Part shown: in pieces, positions 61,398-64,000 of the stretch | Layout of the letters: each line of letters opens with the position of its first letter | Position numbering within the stretch: position 1 is the first letter of the stretch | From: Thermomicrobiales bacterium | GTDB lineage: Bacteria > Chloroflexota > Chloroflexia > Thermomicrobiales > UBA6265 | Assembly (NCBI GenBank): GCA_041390825.1 | Contig: JAWKPF010000016.1 | Location: forward strand, 2 to 64,001 | Length of the DNA stretch: 64,000 bases | Direction: 5' to 3' | The notes under the pieces: generated by a model | What the model was told of the DNA's origin: nothing | Database searches by the model: none | What the model saw: the letters and a program-made list of their open reading frames with translations, nothing else | Translations under genes and position numbers: made by a program

Positions 61398-62606
61398 ATG
61401 TCTGGTCCAGATGTGATCGTGGTTGGTGGCGGTGTCAATGGTTGCTCGATTGCGTTTCGATTGGCGCAGGCGGGCAAGAAGGTGCATCTCTTCGACCAGC
61501 GAGGCATCTGTTCCGGAGCGTCGGGTCGCAACGGCGGCATGACCAGCGAGGGCGCGCGCATGCATAGCGATGGCGCACGCCAGCTCTATGACATCACCTC
61601 GGCCAACTGGCGCATGTTGCAGGAGCTGCCGGACGAACTGGGGGTCGATTTCCAGCTGCGAAAATCGGGCACGATCGAGATCGGGCAAACCAAAGCGCAG
61701 TGGGACCACATGGTCGAGCGATATGAAATCGAGCGCGCCGCTGGAGCAAGCCCCGAACTTCTGGACGCGAAAGAGACCCGCAAACTGATGCCTGCGGTGA
61801 CCGAGGACATCTACGGTTCCAAGTACACACGCAGCGCCGGTCATCTTTGGCCATTTGCGCTGGTCGACGGGTTTGCCAATGCGGCTGCCCGCCTCGGTGC
61901 CGAGATTCGCACACATACCCCGGTTGCGAAGATTCTGGAGCATTCAGGACGCGCTGCCGGCGTCGAGTTGCTGGACGGCTCACGTGTGCATGCCGAAGAA
62001 GTCGTGCTGGCGACCAACTCGTACACGCCGCTGCTCTTGCGCCAATTGCCAGCGGGCGCCATCGTTCCGGCACGCGGCCAGATTCTCGCTACCGAGCCGG
62101 TCGCGCCTATCTTGCCGCTCGCCTGGGGCAATAACTTCGACAAGGAATACGGCCGTCAGGTGCCCGGTGGCCCCATCGTTTGCGGGGGATTCCGCCGCCT
62201 GGATGAGCAGGAAGGACTCGGACTCTACGAAGAGCGGGTCACGCTGCCGGTCATGAGCGGAATCGGCAAGCGGCTCGTTGGGCTGTTCCCGGTGTTGAAA
62301 GGCGTGCGCGTGGTGCGCATGTGGGCCGGAATCATGGGATTTACACCGGACGGACTGCCATTGATCGGACGCACCAGCATCATGCAGGGACTCACGATCG
62401 TGGCCGGATTCAACGGCGGCGGGTTTTCCTGGGGCGCAATCAACGGCAAGATCGTTGCCGATGAGATCACGGGCAGGAACCACGGGTTCGATCTGAGCTA
62501 CTTCCTTCCCGACCGGTTCGTGGAAAAAGGAACCGCCTGGCACAACCCATATACCGCCGGCGAGAAGGGCCAGACCGCTCGCACGGCCAGCGCGGCGGTG
62601 CTGTAA
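61398..62606 (+). CDS. FAD-dependent oxidoreductase (DAO / sarcosine-oxidase-beta-like)
   Basis: A GAGAGGA SD precedes ATG 61398, which gives MSGPDVIVVGGGVNGCSIAFRLAQAGKKVHLFD (GxGxxG). A later segment reads ..GFTPDGLPLIG...GFNGGGFSWG. It is intact at 402 aa. The upstream part of ORF 60450..62606 is read-through over the MMPL gene. Confidence 0.8.
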   Translation: MSGPDVIVVGGGVNGCSIAFRLAQAGKKVHLFDQRGICSGASGRNGGMTSEGARMHSDGARQLYDITSANWRMLQELPDELGVDFQLRKSGTIEIGQTKAQWDHMVERYEIERAAGASPELLDAKETRKLMPAVTEDIYGSKYTRSAGHLWPFALVDGFANAAARLGAEIRTHTPVAKILEHSGRAAGVELLDGSRVHAEEVVLATNSYTPLLLRQLPAGAIVPARGQILATEPVAPILPLAWGNNFDKEYGRQVPGGPIVCGGFRRLDEQEGLGLYEERVTLPVMSGIGKRLVGLFPVLKGVRVVRMWAGIMGFTPDGLPLIGRTSIMQGLTIVAGFNGGGFSWGAINGKIVADEITGRNHGFDLSYFLPDRFVEKGTAWHNPYTAGEKGQTARTASAAVL

Positions 62607-62619
62607 ACGACGCCACGAC

Positions 62620-63617
62620 CTATTCGTGGATGAGCATCGGGGCGCTGAGCGGGGTCCATTGGTAGAGCCACTCGGCATCAGGCACGGCCAGGGTGACGCA
62701 GCCATGGCTGACGGCATTGCCGAAGTCTTCATGCCAATAAACGCCGTGGATGTAGTACCCGCCCGAGCGAAAGACCATGATCCAGGGCACACCCGGAATG
62801 TCCCAATGCTCGCCGTTGACGGTGGCTACCGTTCGCTTGGCTGGAACCTTTTGCGAGATCGTGAAGGCTCCGAGTGGGGTGCGAAAACCGGGCTTCCCTG
62901 AACTGATGATCAGACGGGCGTCCGGTTCACGGTCGTTCCAGGCGATCAGCGTCTGATTCGAGATGTCGACCTCGATCCATTTCTCGTTCGGCCGAAAAGC
63001 TCTATGTATCTGGTCGCCAGCCAACCCTCGACCTCCGGCAACTGAACGTGGATCCAGTCGGACTCACTGGAGCCGTCGACAGTGTCCAGCACGGTGGCGA
63101 GCGTGTTGGTGGACAGCTCGCGCAGGACTGTGCTTCTGGCATTAGGTTGCGCACGCAGTTTCAATCGAACCCGGGGGCGCACCAGGTCGCCGGGTCGAAA
63201 CGATGCGAGCGCACGATCGCCGGGCGCGTCCGGTCGTGAGACTGTGAGGGGGACGCTTGCCCGGGCCTCGACCAGGTCCAGGTAGCGCGTGGCGACATAG
63301 CATGGAGCGCCGGTTGCGTCGGAATCTTCCCGCACCCTGGCCCAAATGCGCCCCTCGGAGCGTATCGGATCGCTCAACAGCTCGACACGTTCACCCGCCT
63401 CGAAGGTGCGCAAGATTGTGGCGGCGGTGGACATCCACGCGCGCCCATTGACCGAAGCGCGGTTGATTTGAGCCAAATCGCCTGTCATCAGGTTGGTGCG
63501 CTCCGTTGCAGGAATGACCAGCATTTCCGATCGAGCGCTTCTGGACCCGCTCTCCGTCTCACCGTGAGCCAGGAGTGCAGGTACGGGGTCGATTGAATCG
63601 GGCGATGGATCGATCAC
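62620..63617 (-). pseudogene. L,D-transpeptidase (YkuD) with two N-terminal SH3b-like domains, one frame change near 63010
   Basis: ORF 62946..63617 carries SH3b-like repeats (..RIWARVRED...CYVATRYLDLVE ; ..DWIHVQLPEVEGWLATRYIE). ORF 62620..63024 reads EKWIEVDISNQTLIAW...GYYIHGVYWHEDFGNAVSHGCVTL, which contains the catalytic H..SHGC motif. Confidence 0.7.
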
Positions 63618-63703
63618 GAGCGGAACTCAGGGCGTTGGCGATGACTTGCCGGCGACTTGCCGGCGCGAACTATCGACGGAGGAGGGATCCATGCGCAAGG
63701 GAC

Positions 63704-63739
63704 GAAAAAACGGGGCATCCCCGGGAGGGACACCCCGTT
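63704..63739 (-). terminator. intrinsic terminator after the right-hand L,D-transpeptidase gene
   Basis: On the minus strand the sequence is AACGGGGtgtccctcCCGGGGatgCCCCGTTTTTTcg. It is a GC hairpin followed by T6. Confidence 0.6.
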
Positions 63740-63763
63740 CTATCTGTGCGATCGTGGGGATCG

Positions 63764-64000
63764 CTAGTAGTGAATCCAAACGCGCGTGCCCGAAGGCGCC
63801 CAACCGTACAGCCACTCGGCATACGGCACCGGGAGATTGACGCATCCGTGGCTCCGCACTCTACCGAAGTCGTTGTGCCAGTAGGCGCCGTGGATGTAGA
63901 ACCCGCCAGCACGGAAGAGCATGGCCCATGGGACGCCCGGAGTGTTCCAGCACTCGCCGTTGACACACGCGGCCATGGTGACCGAGGGGTACTTGGTCGA
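63764..64000 (-). CDS. L,D-transpeptidase (YkuD), C-terminal part; 5' end outside the window
   Basis: The sequence reads ..NGECWNTPGVPWAMLFRAGGFYIHGAYWHNDFGRVRSHGCVNLPVPYAEWLYGWAPSGTRVWIHY*. It is a paralogue of 62620..63024. Confidence 0.75.
   Translation of the reverse strand, partial: STKYPSVTMAACVNGECWNTPGVPWAMLFRAGGFYIHGAYWHNDFGRVRSHGCVNLPVPYAEWLYGWAPSGTRVWIHY

Noticed and set aside
60450-62606. 718-aa ORF as one CDS
   Set aside because: Only the last 402 codons, from ATG 61398 with its SD and GxGxxG motif, are a real gene. The upstream part is an out-of-frame read-through of the MMPL gene.

Overview
High-GC (roughly 60-65 %) bacterial chromosomal window. The gene content feels Chloroflexota/Thermomicrobia-like or actinobacterial: a Tat-exported solute-binding protein, a PPi-type phosphofructokinase, a ROK sugar kinase, large AAA/TPR/LuxR regulators and heptanucleotide intergenic repeats. 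That is only an impression; the taxon cannot be fixed from sequence alone. Because of the GC content the ORF track is full of long antisense or out-of-frame ORFs, so I called genes only where I could read family motifs. Layout: (i) 1-3.3 kb holds an intact polar amino-acid ABC transporter operon on the minus strand. (ii) About 3.5-37 kb holds roughly 30 recognisable genes, and virtually all of them need repeated frame switches to be read. They include a SelA-like PLP enzyme, nitronate monooxygenase, KAS II, PBP1A, a SARP/BTAD-like regulator, a 1000-aa LuxR regulator, CAP-domain exoproteins, an ECF sigma/anti-sigma pair, EamA, PPK2, an HpaC/HpaB-like pair, RidA, DUF1028, a PT-repeat exoprotein, two alpha/beta hydrolases, DUF917, NUDIX, CoxG, YggT, an M20 peptidase, a DsrE-like protein and most of a MutS-like ATPase. 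(iii) About 37-57 kb is a clean block: NYN protein, ROK kinase, dapF, an intact AAA/TPR/LuxR regulator, a dynamin-like GTPase, PPi-PFK, a wHTH regulator, a CBS protein, PadR, ilvE, a TlpA-like thioredoxin, MarR, a ~715-aa unknown protein, a Cys-rich protein and ppa. (iv) 57-61.3 kb holds a frameshifted two-component system and an MMPL transporter. (v) The right end holds an intact FAD oxidoreductase and two L,D-transpeptidase paralogues. I saw no rRNA or tRNA genes, no CRISPR array, and no transposase, integrase or prophage genes. The points most worth a second look are the following. First, the sharp mosaic of intact versus indel-riddled blocks, which could be an assembly artefact or very recent regional decay. 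Second, a dispersed family of 7-nt-period tandem repeats at three intergenic loci. Third, a perfect 38-bp direct duplication of the padR start flanking a 114-bp insert. Fourth, a NYN / membrane MutS-like ATPase / DsrE-like operon. Fifth, a zinc-ribbon segment fused in front of a KAS II gene. Sixth, a protein built from two CPxC...CxxH modules next to a large unknown gene. I did not find a clearly novel multi-gene system that I can defend beyond these leads.
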